This document shows positions 43,089 through 58,216 of a stretch of 64,000 nt of DNA, one piece after another (the stretch's first letter is position 1; every line of letters starts with the position of its first letter). Source of the DNA: Octopus vulgaris (Eukaryota). Below the pieces are notes generated by a model. That model was not told the DNA's origin, ran no database searches, and saw nothing but the letters and a program-made list of their open reading frames with translations. Both the position numbers and the translations under genes were made by a program. The stretch covers positions 9,920,001 to 9,984,000 of the forward strand of contig OX597827.1 of assembly GCA_951406725.2 (NCBI GenBank), given 5' to 3'.

Positions 43089-43836
43089 TATATGACAATC
43101 ATTTGTTGCTGGAGACACAAAACAAAGTACTCATTATGCTTTGTAAAGTGATCAGTAACCAACCAAAATCAATATAGAGTAGAGAGCTCTCTTTAGCCTA
43201 GCAATGGACAAGGCTTCCTCTCTAGTGCTGGTCTCTTACTGAAGCATATCCTATATATTCTGTAAAGTGGTTATTGATAGAAAGGATCGATCTCCAGTCA
43301 TTTGAAAAATGTTAGAAATGGAAATGTGCAAGCAAGACATGATTTCCATCGACGATGATGATAGCAATGATATATAATGACAACAACAAAGACCATGATA
43401 ATGAAGATGCAGATGACGATTGTGATGGGATGATAATAATTATGATGATAACGATGATGATGATATTTAACTTTGGGTCGCTTTTGTACTCTCCTTGATG
43501 CAGTTTTCACCTGGAGCACATGAAATGCAATACATACCTTAGCAAACATGCTTTTTACCACAAGCAAACTTTCAGCAGTGATCAGTTACATCAACTGATT
43601 ACATATCAAAAATCTGCAACCAACCTACCTATGAAACTTATTAAATGTAATCTTTACAGAATTGCAGGCAAGAAAAACATGCATGCAAATATGCATTCTA
43701 AAACTTATACACTTCGTCAAATATAAAATCATATATACATCACCCACTCATATATACATACATATATACATAAGTACATACATACATACATACATACGTA
43801 CGTACGTACATACATACATATACATATATACACACG

Positions 43837-43892
<56 letters not shown>

Positions 43893-43939
43893 TGTGTGTG
43901 GGCAGTGGTAAGAGTGAATGTGTGTGTGCATATATATAT

Positions 43940-44350
43940 TCTTTTACTCTTTTACTTGTTTCAGTCATTTGACTGTGGCCATGCTGGAGCACCTCCTTTA
44001 GTCGAGCAACTCGACCCCGGGACTTATTCCTTGTAAGCCCAGTACTTATTCTATCAGTCTCTTTTGCCGAACCACTAAGTGACGGGGACGTAAACACACC
44101 AGCATCGGTTGTCAAGCAATGCTAGGGGGACAAACACAGACACACAAACACACACACACACACACTTATATATATATACATATATACGACAGGCTTCTTT
44201 CAGTTTCCGTCTACCAAATCCACTCACAAGGCATTGGTAGGCCCGAGGCTATAGCAGAAGACACTTGCCCAAGATGCCATGCAGTGGGACTGAACTCAGA
44301 ACCATGTGGTTGGTTAGCAAGCTACTTACCACACAGCCACTCCTGTGCCT
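43940..44350 (-). mobile_element. SINE family B, full length
   Basis: Reverse complement of the family consensus. Confidence 0.93.
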
Positions 44351-44944
44351 ATATATATATATATGAATATAATTTTCTTTTCTTTCTTAACTAATGGCAT
44401 TATCCAGGTTTTCTTATTATATATAGAAATATATATATTCCAGTTTGTAGGCCTAGGTATCTGAAATTTTTAAAGAGAAGGTCAAAGTCTTTCTAACATT
44501 TTCAAACATTTGTTCTTTTAAATTCCAAGTAGAAAAATTAAGAACACTACATAAACACTACAATCTACTTCAAGAGACATTGGAAAAAATTTACTCTTGA
44601 GTAAAATAATTTCTTTAAAGTATTTCATAATTTTTTTTTTTTTTATCTAAAAATATGTTTTCCTAGAAAATACCAAAATTGCAAAAATAATTTCTTTCAT
44701 TCTACATTTGTTTATTTATTGCACACTTTTATGTATCTCAAATTGAGCCATCTTCTGCTTTGGTTTTTCACAATAATTCTGAGTGAATCAACATTGTGAT
44801 ACCAACTGAATTTTGTCAGCACATTTTTCTTTAAATAGCTCATTCAAAATACAATGTGATTGCATATTTTAGGTATTAACAAGACCCAGCTAAGCTGAAT
44901 ACAGCATTTGGTGTATATATACTTACACATATATGTAACTGCAT

Positions 44945-45833
<889 letters not shown>

Positions 45834-45869
45834 CATGCATGCATGCATGTATGTATGTATGTATGTATG

Positions 45870-45900
<31 letters not shown>

Positions 45901-46190
45901 GTGTGTGTGTGTGTGTATATGCATGTATGTATGTGTATGTATGTATGTATGTATGTGTGTGTGTGTATGTATGTATGTATGTATGTATGTATGTATGTAT
46001 GTATGTATGTATGTATGTGTGTGTGTGTGTGTATGCATGTATGCATGTATGTATGTATGTATGTATGTATGTATGTATGTATGTATGTATGTATGTATGT
46101 ATGTATGTATGTGTGTGTGTGTGTATGCATGTATGTATGTATGTATGTATGTATGTATGTATGTATGTATGTGTGTGTGTGTGTGTATGC

Positions 46191-46222
<32 letters not shown>

Positions 46223-46244
46223 GTGTGTGTGTGTGTGTATATGC

Positions 46245-46306
<62 letters not shown>

Positions 46307-46552
46307 ATGTATGTATGTATGTATGTATGTATGTGTGTGTGTGTGTGTGTGTGTGTATATGCATGTATGTATGTATGTATGTATGTATGTATGTATGTGT
46401 GTGTGTGTGTATGCATGTATGTATGTATGTATGTATGTATGTATGTATGTATGTATGTATGTATGTGTGTGTGTGTGTGTATATGCATGTACGTATGTAT
46501 GTATGTATGTATGTATGTACGTATGTATGTATGTATGTATGTATGTATGTAT
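45834..46552. repeat. Higher-order (TATG)n(TG)n compound array
   Basis: Repeated blocks of (TATG)n-(TG)n-ATGCA. Confidence 0.96.
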
Positions 46553-46886
46553 GTCAAGTCCTCGTTAAAGGCCTGTGATATGCAGGACACTGACTGGGGG
46601 AACAATGCCTGTCATCGCCACAGATGGAGGAAGCTGGTTAAGGAGGGGCTCGACACTTTTGAGAGAGCACGTATCCAGCATGAAGAACTTAAGCGAGCTG
46701 CGCGAAAGCGCACGGCTCGTATAGTGAATGGGGAAAGCTTGGTCTGCAATGTTTGCAGTCGTGTATGCCTGTCAAGAGCAGGGCTCATTAGCAGCAAATG
46801 CAAAATATAAGTTAGTCCTAGAGTGCACAATGTTCCTGAAGGTCGGCAATGGTCTTCCTTGGTCACGAGTGGATGGCCATCATCAT
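46553..46886 (+). mobile_element. RTE LINE 3' end with a C-terminal zinc-finger-like motif
   Basis: Peptide VKSSLKACDM..W..NACHRHRWRKLVKEG..FE..R..KRAARK..CNVCSRVCLSRAGLIS, followed by a short UTR and a (CAT)n tail. Confidence 0.85.
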
Positions 46887-46905
46887 GTATGTATGTATGC
46901 ATGCA

Positions 46906-46936
<31 letters not shown>

Positions 46937-46999
46937 TTGTATGTATATACATGTATGTATGTATATTTTTCTTCAAGTGGCCATAACTGAGATCTCTTT

Positions 47000-47225
47000 T
47001 ACAATGCTTTACCAGGAACCTCTGTCCAGCATTAGCTTTGGTAGATCCTCACTTTCATTTTCATGCTGTATACCTCTGCTAATGACATCAGCGAGTGTGT
47101 ATGCATTTACACACACACACACACACATACACATAATCATACATGCAGAAAAGTCTATGTACACAAACATTGCATCTGGAGTATTGTCGCTCTCCAATAA
47201 CTGGAAATATTATCCTTTCCTATAA
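47000..47225 (-). mobile_element. Old RTE-like fragment(s)
   Basis: Peptide LADVISRGIQ..DLPKLMLDRGSW parallels ADVISRDTGIQQQDL..MMDREVW at 26230-26300. Confidence 0.55.
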
Positions 47226-47830
47226 GTTATGATTTCAAAAGATAAACATTTTTCAAATTGTAAAACTGTTAAGCTTTTGCAAATAGTATATAATTTCTAA
47301 AAAAATGATATTTAATATACATTTGTAAATGATATAGATTTGAAAATGTTAAACATATGAGAGTGGTATACAATGCTCCAAAGGTACATAATTGAAAATG
47401 ATACATACATATATATGTAATAAACATATACATATATGTGTGTATTTGTGCATTCATGCATGTATATATGTATGCATGCATGTATGTATGTGTGTATAAA
47501 TTATGATTGTATGTATGAATGTGTGTATGAATGTATGAATGTATGTATGAATGTTTGTATGTATTTATGTATGCATGCACGTATGTATTTATGTATGTAT
47601 GTATGTATGTATGTATGTATGTATGTATGTATGTATGTATGTATGTATGTATGTATGTATGTATGTATGTATGTATGTATGTATGTATGTATATATGTGA
47701 TAGTTTTAGATTTGAAAATGACATTTGCAACTGGTATACAATTGAAAATGTTAACATATTTAAGATGAAAGAAGGTGGAGGAAGAAAAAGGAGCATAGAG
47801 ACAGTGTCAAAGTAGAGAGAAAGAGTGAGG

Positions 47831-48438
<608 letters not shown>

Positions 48439-48807
48439 GTGGGGGGGGGAAATGTAGGATGATTTGCTAAGAAGATATATGGTGAGATGTTCAGGTAGAG
48501 AAGATGGTTGGATGAGAGATAGTGGCAATAAGGAAGAAAGGCCGTGAGATAGAAGCAGTGTGTACTATAGCCAGGGAATGAAAGTGAAGGAAAGTTGGGA
48601 ATAGACAATTGGAAAGAGTGGAAGATAGAAACAGGGAAGAAGAAAAAGAAAGTAAAAGTAGACTAAGAGAAAAAGATAAAGATATGAAAGGGAAGATGTG
48701 CCATCCAGAGAAAGAGAAAGAAAAGATGAAGTTTTAGAAGAAGAAGAAAAGGGACAGTGTAATTGAAAAAGTGAGAGTTTAGAGAGTTTAGAGAGACAGA
48801 AAGATAT

Positions 48808-48846
<39 letters not shown>

Positions 48847-49536
48847 AGGAAAGAAAGAAAAGGTAAAGTTGAATTGTTTTTGCTGTGTGTTTCCAGAGAA
48901 GATGTGTATTCTTGTGTTTGAGCCATTGCATTACTGCTGCAGTTATATGGCAGCAGCGTTGTGTCGTTTGCTTCTGCGATGCCAAGTCAATAAAAGAGAG
49001 AGAGAGAAAGAATAGTGGACTCTACTTTGCTACCAACTACCGTTTGTTTGGAATGTGTGCTGGAACTGAGAAAAAGCTGATTAATTGTCACATGGAAGGA
49101 GAACAGAAACTCTACATTTGATTTCGACAGCATTTGCCTAAATTAAATAGAGAGAAAAGCCACAAATGTAAACTTACTCACATACCAGCAGACATAGATA
49201 AAACATACAAGTGTTCCACTAATTAAATTTTTTGGTATCTTTGTTTTTTACAATTAAACTGAATGTTTCGTCCCTAAAATGAATGTTTTTTTTACTTGTA
49301 TTTTTTTTCTCCTGTATTTACATTACTTAATTTTTATTTATATGTTCTTCTTGTCATGAAATAAAATTGATTGAAATGTAATGGAAAAGTAAAAGGAAAA
49401 GGAAAAAAAAAGAAAGGTAAAGAAATGATGAAATTGTAATTTACAAAGATAAAACTTTTACAAGAATTAAAGTATTAAAATAGAAAACAAATTAGAAGAT
49501 GACAATAGTTTTATTTTTATTAAAGTTAGACAAAAA

Positions 49537-49621
<85 letters not shown>

Positions 49622-50117
49622 GAATTAACAAATTATCCTTTCACAGGCTTTAAAACTTGTTCTCTTCTTTTAGAAATAAAATTGCCATTATAATGAAAGA
49701 CAAAGTTCTTGTTTTAAATTTATCTTAAATGCTGTGTCTTTCAAATGTTTGACATTTTATTCAGCATTGTTATTTCTTTGGGTTCTGTTTTTGCTAATAT
49801 TCAGTTTTATTTCTGTTAATTACAATTAAGGACCCAATAGCAGAATTATTGTGTGTTGGAGAAACTTTGATAAACCGGGATTATCCAAGTTATTAGTAAA
49901 CAAGATCTCCCTTGAGGGATGTTTAAAATCTAAACTCAACAAGCAGAGAGATAACTGCAATAAGATCAGATGATGAAACGACGATGCATGGGAAACACTT
50001 TTACTTTAAAATCTAAGAAGCTGTAACCATATTGATGAACTAAAGGGTAAAAATTGATGTGGCTGTTTTTGTGAACATATTATCTCTTGTCAAGCCTGAC
50101 TAAGCTTACTTATGATC

Positions 50118-50540
50118 AGGCGCAGGAGTGGCTGTGTGGTAAGTAGCTTGCTAACCAACCACATGGTTGCGGGTTCAGTCCCACTGCGTGGCATCTTGGG
50201 CAAGTGTCTTCTGCTATAGCCCCGGGCCGACCAATGCCTTGTGAGTGGATTTGGTAGACGGAAACTGAAAGAAGCCTGTCGTATATATGTATATATATAT
50301 ATATGTATGTATGTGTGTGTGCATGTGTTTGTGTGTCTGTGTTAATCCCCCTAGCATTGCTTGACAACCGATGCTGGTGTGTTTACGTCCCCGTCACTTA
50401 GCGGTTCGGCAAAAGAGACCGATAAAATAAGTACTGGGCTTACAAAGAATAAGTCCCGGGGTCGATTTGATCGACTAAAGGCGGTGCTCCAGCATGGCCG
50501 CAGTCAAATGACTGAAACAAGTAAAAGAGTAAAAGAGTAA
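50118..50540 (+). mobile_element. SINE family B, full-length reference copy (tRNA-derived head, CORE-like segment, internal microsatellite)
   Basis: A box TGGCTGTGTGG; B box GGTTCAGTCCC; CTTGGGCAAGTGTCTT; internal (TA)n(TG)n; tail (GTAAAAGA)n. Confidence 0.93.
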
Positions 50541-50927
50541 ATGTATTATAGCCATGATCATTCCATCTCTTCAAAAATAATATGTCTGTACCATGTTATC
50601 TATTGCGTTCTTTTCATTTTGCCATTTTAAGATGGTATGGTATGACTTGAGAGATACTTTGTTGCTATTTCTAGTAAGTTGTATGACCTCATTGGCTGGT
50701 AAACGCATGCACACACACATACATGCACATATATGTATGATATGCTGATTTTGAAAGTGCATGAGTGGTAATCTACCAAATTATGGCAGTGCACATGTAT
50801 GATGCACCAGATGATGTTTACACATGTGTGATATGCACAACGATGAGTGTGCAGATGGTAATACATCACAAGATGATAAGTGCATGTGAGTGTTATATGA
50901 GTGTTTGTTGATGACAATGGATGATAT

Positions 50928-51230
50928 GCCATCATCATCGTCATCCCCCTCCTCCTCCTCCTCATCATCATCATCATCGTCACCATCATCATCGTCATTA
51001 TCCTCCTCCTCCTCATCATCATCGCCATCGTCGTCATCATCATCATCATCATCGTCGTCATCATCATCATCATCATCGTCATCATCGTCACCATCGTCAT
51101 CATCATAATCATATATCATCATCATTATCATCCTCATCATCATCATATATCATCACCATCATCATCATCATTGTTGTCGTTGTCGTTGTTGTCTTTGCCG
51201 TCGTTATTGTCATTGTCATCATCATTATTG
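50928..51230. repeat. (CAT)n/(CCT)n low-complexity tract
   Basis: Directly visible. Confidence 0.93.
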
Positions 51231-51549
51231 CTTTAGTGTTTACTTTTCCATGCTTGCACGACTCAGATAGAATTTGTTGAAGTAGAAAGAGATACATTTT
51301 CTATCATCAACCCTCACCTGATTCCAAGCAAGATTAATGTTTCCCTATGACATTTTACAAGACCTGTGAGACTGATGGGTAGGAGTGGGTTAGGTATATT
51401 CAAACTACAAATCAGGCCTAAATGCTGTCAACAGAGTAGGGGGGATCTTCTAAAGGAACCAAAGTGACCAAGTAATGGCATCAAATCAGATGAGGGACGA
51501 TGTCTACCAACCAAGACTTTTGGCTAGTTGGCAAACATTTTATGATATA

Positions 51550-51676
51550 CAGGGTGGGCCAAAACTCAGGCACAAAATAAATTCAGTCAAAGATATGCTT
51601 CAATTTTCCTAAAATTAAATAAAATAGGTAAAATAATGATGAATACACATGTTGAGTAACTTTTTGGTCTACCCTA
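51550..51676. mobile_element. Small Tc1/mariner-type MITE
   Basis: TA-CAGGGTGGGCCAAAA ... TTTTGGTCTACCCTA-TA. Confidence 0.65.
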
Positions 51677-52429
51677 TAGTTTAGTAGAAATACTCCAGAA
51701 ACATGAGAATGGCCAATATGGTTAAGAAGTTTGTTTTGCAACCACAGGGGTCCAAGTTCAGTTCTTGCTCATGGCAACTGAAGTAAGTGCCTTGTTGTAA
51801 TGCATCTACTAAAACTTCCATTGTTAGATGCTTTGTGAACAGAATTTCGTTACACACACATGCATATACATTTATGCGTACATGTGTGTGTATATGGGTG
51901 TGTGTAAGTGTGTGTTTGCAAGTGTCTATTTATTCTTGCACCAACACTGCATACAAATTGGTGCTCTTTGTTTGTGTCTGCCTATAACTTCAGTAAATGG
52001 AGCTAAGTACCAAAGAAATGATATTAAGATCGATTTCATTCACCAAAATCATTAAAGATGGTTGCCCCAGTAAGGCCACAGGGGAATAACTAAACCAAGT
52101 AAAATATTAAATAAATAACAAATATAAACAATCATTTCCTAATTGACATAATATTTCATTTAAATAATAATTATCTCCAAATTTTTTATGAACTGGAGAA
52201 AACAAAATCTGTTTATTAGGATGCTGTCCCATCAAATATTTATTCTGTGTCATGGAAGACTTAAGCACTTCAATTACTTGGAGAAATAAATTATGAGTAA
52301 AGCTCTTTGCTCTTGCCTATCTACACAACACAGAAGGAGCCTCTATATAGTTACTCAACTTGCTAGAAATAGCAGTTAAATTTCCAATGAAATTTCCAAT
52401 GAAATTTTCACTTCATATATATATATGTA

Positions 52430-52827
52430 TACTCTTTACTCTTTTACTTGTTTCAGTCACCTGACTGTGGCCATGCTGGAGCACCACCTTTAATCGAGCA
52501 ACTCGACCCCGGGACTTATTCTTTTGTAAGCCCAGTACTTATTCTATCGGTCTCTTTTGCCGAACTGCTAAGTGACGGGGACATAAACACACCGGCATCG
52601 GCTGTCAAGCAATGCTAGGGGGACAAACACAGGCACACAAACACACACACACATATATATATATATATACATATATACAACGAGCTTCTTTCAGTTTCCG
52701 TCTACCAAATCCACTCACAAGGCTTTGGTCAGCCCGAGGCTATAGTAGAAGACACTTGCCCAAGGTGCCACGCAGTGGGACTGAACCCGGAACCATGTGG
52801 TTGGTAAACAAGCTACTTACCACACAG
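52430..52827 (-). mobile_element. SINE family B, near full length
   Basis: Reverse complement of the family consensus. Confidence 0.93.
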
Positions 52828-53396
52828 ATATTATTTAAATGAAGTATTATATCAATTAGGAAATGATTGCTTATATTTGTTATTTATTTAATATTTTACT
52901 TGGTCTAGTTATTGAACTGTGCCCTTACTGGAGCAACCATCTTGAATGATGTAAGCATGTCAGTGTGATAAAGAAGCTTACATTACAACCATGTGATTTT
53001 AGGATTTTGGTTTCAGTCCCACTGCATGGCACCTTGGGCATGCTCTGGATCAGCCGATGCCTTGTGAGTGAATTTGGTAGATGGAAACTGTATGGAACCC
53101 TGTTGTGTGTATGTTTTATCTTTTACCTGTTTCAGTCATTAGACTATGGCCATGGAGGGGCACTGCTTTGAAGATTTTTATTTGAACAAATCGATCTCTG
53201 TGCTTACTTTTATTCTTACGCCTTATATTTATTCTGCAAGTCTCTTATATATACATACATACATACATACATACATACATACATACATTATATTATATAT
53301 ATATATTTACATACATATATATATATGTATATATATATATGTATATATATACACATATATATAATATATATACACATATATATATATATGTGTGTA

Positions 53397-53437
<41 letters not shown>

Positions 53438-53655
53438 ATACACCTATACATACATCCATGCATACATACGTACATATATAAGTGCATTCTCTCTTTCTCT
53501 CTCATACACATGCACACACTCAAACATTACATATGCATACACCTGTGCATACCTACACACTCACACACATAGATACATATATATATACATACATGCATAT
53601 ACACACATATACATAAAGATATCTATCTATCAATCTATATATATATGTATATATG

Positions 53656-53702
<47 letters not shown>

Positions 53703-54311
53703 CACACACACACATATATAAACATACATGTATGTATACACACACACACACACACACACACAATAAAACTTCTAAAGAACCTGAAGATGGAACGAAACTT
53801 TTCAGAGTTGGTAATCATGGAAAAGTAGAGGCAAATTAACTGAGTTGGCTGTAAAAATTGGTGAGGTCATTATTCCGTAAATCAATGTTCAACTTCACTG
53901 CCACTGATATTACACGAAATCATGCTTTTGTTTGTTGGTTCTGAGCGTCTTTAATTTCAAGATTTTTGCCGAAGAAATGTTTGGTATCGATAAAAAGATG
54001 TTATGTCTGTAGTAGAAGAGTTAGGAGAAGGACGTCGTTATTAATTTTTCTTTGAATAGTCAGGATATTGACTTTGGTAGGCAAAGATTGAAAGCGAAAG
54101 GAAAGAAGGAAAAAAAAATAAAAGAATAAAAAAAAATAGGAGAAAAGAAAAGAAAAAAGAAATAAAAAAATAAAAAAAAGAATTTGTTTATGGGTTCATT
54201 TACTAGGATCTGAATCGGAGTCCGAAGTGTAAGAAAAAAGACATTGCCCGAGGGAGTTCTGAAGACATGTTGACAGTGAACGAACTTTGACATGAAGAAG
54301 GAAGCAAATGA

Positions 54312-54327
54312 AAATAATAATAATAAC

Positions 54328-54359
<32 letters not shown>

Positions 54360-54372
54360 TAATAATAATAAC

Positions 54373-54421
<49 letters not shown>

Positions 54422-54475
54422 GTAATAATAATAATAGTAATAACAATAATAATAATAGTAATAATAACAATAATA

Positions 54476-54518
<43 letters not shown>

Positions 54519-54571
54519 AAATAATAATAATAACAATAATAATAATAATAATAGTAATAACAATAATAATG

Positions 54572-54617
<46 letters not shown>

Positions 54618-54652
54618 TAATAATGATGATAATAATAATAATGATGATGATG

Positions 54653-54707
<55 letters not shown>

Positions 54708-54730
54708 TAATAACAATAATAGTAGTAATG
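54312..54730. repeat. (AAT)n microsatellite
   Basis: Directly visible. Confidence 0.97.
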
Positions 54731-55325
54731 AAAATCAAGACTTCTCTTACAAAAAAAAAAGAAATATAAAAAAAAATATGATACAAAGGAAGAAACAGAT
54801 GGCAAAAAAAAGAAGAAAAACAAAAAAGAAATCAATAAGCTCTAGCAAGACCTTGCCAGGAAAGACATATTTGGAGGCTTATGATTAAAAAGAAAAACCA
54901 CGAAGACATCACAGAGGCAGGCAATACGCAAACAATATTGTCGCTATTCAGTATTTGGTGCAGTGTTGGCAATTACACGCATACACGTATACACATATGC
55001 ACACACACACACACACACACATTCATGCACGTACACTCGCACATACACGCATATACACACATATATACACATATATACACACCTTGTAACACCGAAGATA
55101 ATATAATTAACAGAAAAACAATCATAGCTTTATTGAGTGATTGCAAACAACTTCAAAGTAAAATAGCTGTGAATAGTGTGTTTGTATGGAAGGTGGTGAC
55201 GGTGGTGGTGATGGTGGTGGTGGTGGTGGTGGTGGTGGTAGAGAGGTGGTTGTGAGGTGAGGGGTGGGGGTCGCAGTGGTGGTGATGCAGCCGATGATAT
55301 AACACAACACGTGTGTTGTGTGGAG

Positions 55326-56405
<1,080 letters not shown>

Positions 56406-56519
56406 GGGAAGTCTTTATAGTATACATAGGGTCACAGTAATTAAAAAAGGGTAAAGATCCATCCTTCAGTCATGAATGACCATGGGATTGTACCTAGAAA
56501 GTTATCCACTGAGGTACAT

Positions 56520-56905
56520 GCTTAGGGCATCAAGGGAAGGATGCCACAGAAATAGTAAATGGTTTACAGCATAAAAGAAATCACTTTGAACTTGCTAAAA
56601 TAATATTCAGGATTCCTTTATCTCTACTAAGTATAGATGCAGATGTGTTACCTAAGATTAATTTTGAGGATCTGATCAAAGACGTTGCAATTCAAAAAAG
56701 TAGGAGGAAACTTTTCAAATATAAATAAAGTGGAAGTATAAAAAAATAAACATTATTTTTCCTTCTTTCTGTTTTGTTTTGTTCTGAAAGATAAAAATTT
56801 ATTTTATGGTTTGTTGTTTTTTATATTTTGAATTCCATAATCTTGTATGGGGGCACCAAAATCTTTTAAGTGCTTAGGGCCTTTATGGGCCTGAATCTGG
56901 CCCTG
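56520..56905 (+). mobile_element. hAT (Tip100-like) transposon 3' remnant
   Basis: 56618-56728 translates LSLLSIDADVLPKINFEDLIKDVAIQKSRRKLFKYK*, like the end of a hAT dimerisation domain. It ends in a TIR-like GAATCTGGCCCTG. Confidence 0.72.
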
Positions 56906-57567
56906 CCAAGATGAAGGATTTGATAGTTTTGGAACCTAGAAAATCTTTGGTCAGAAATGGTTGAAGTGGTGTTGGATGGTTATTGTATTTGTGTTTTTAG
57001 TGTATAAGAAAATGTATAACATCACAAGGACTGTGGATGATGACAATGATGAGGGTGATGCTGATGATGATGATGAGATCATGATTATGATTATGATGAT
57101 GATGATGATGATGACCATGATGATTACCATGATGCCAAAGTCAATGACACTGTTGCTCACAACAGTGATGACAATGATAAAAACAAAGGTGACAATCTTG
57201 GCAAAAGTGGTACTAACGGGCGAGGTGGTGATGACGACGACGATGATGATGATGTTGATAATGATAATGATGATGATGATGACGATGACGATGATGCTGT
57301 TGATGATGATGATTGTTATTGAGTTGTGATATGTCTCATAATGGAAAAGCTCAGTATCAAAAAGGACAAGGTCCTTGACTAACAACATTCCAGTCCCTAG
57401 TTTAACATGTTCAACTGTAGTCAGCTGGGATAAGACTTAATGCTGCAAGAAAAGTCCAGGGAAGAAATTCTCCACCTTGACTTGTGTAAAAGCATATTTG
57501 GCTTTGGTCCACGAGTGACATCTTTTGATTGTGGGATGCATGCATTTCTACATTATTCTGCTTCATC

Positions 57568-57814
57568 AGGGTGGCAAACTGGCAGAATCATTAGCACGCT
57601 CTCTCTCTTTACTCTTTTACTCTTTTACTTGTTTCAGTCATTTGACTGCGGCCATGCTGGAGCACCGCATTTAATCGAGCAACTCGACCCCCCGGGACTT
57701 ATTCTTTGTAAGCCCAGTACTTATTCTATCGATCTCTTTTGCCGAACCGCTAAGTAATGGGGACATAAATTCACCAGCATCGGTTGTCAAGCAATGCTAG
57801 GGGGACAAACACAC

Positions 57815-57858
<44 letters not shown>

Positions 57859-58216
57859 CATATATACGACAGGCTTCTTTCAGTTTCCGTCTACCAAATC
57901 CATCCACAAGGCTTTGGTCGGCCCGAGGCTATAGTAGAAGACACTTACCCAAGGTGTCACGCAGTGGAACTGAACCCGGAACCATGTGATTGGTAAACAA
58001 GCTACTTACCACACAGCCACTTCAAATGCTGGTTGAAATGCTTAGCAACATTTCGCCCGTCACTACATTCTGAGTTCGAATTCTGCTGAGGTCGACTTTG
58101 CCTTTCATCCTTTTGGGCTCGATGAAATAAGTACCTGTGAAACACTGGGATTGATGTAATCAGCTAGTTCCCTCCCCCAAAATTTCAGGCCTTGTTCCTA
58201 TAGCAGAAAGGATTAT
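57568..58216 (+). mobile_element. SINE family A (A2) interrupted by a family B copy
   Basis: Head GGTGGCAAACTGGCAGAATCATTAGCACGCT, which resumes at about 58025 (GCTGGTTGAAATGCTTAGC) and runs through to the A2 tail. Confidence 0.85.
57607..58020 (-). mobile_element. SINE family B, full length, nested
   Basis: Reverse complement of the family consensus. Confidence 0.92.

Noticed and set aside
53780-53810. CTGAAGA..GAAAC hammerhead-like motif
   Set aside because: Helices II and III cannot be formed convincingly.
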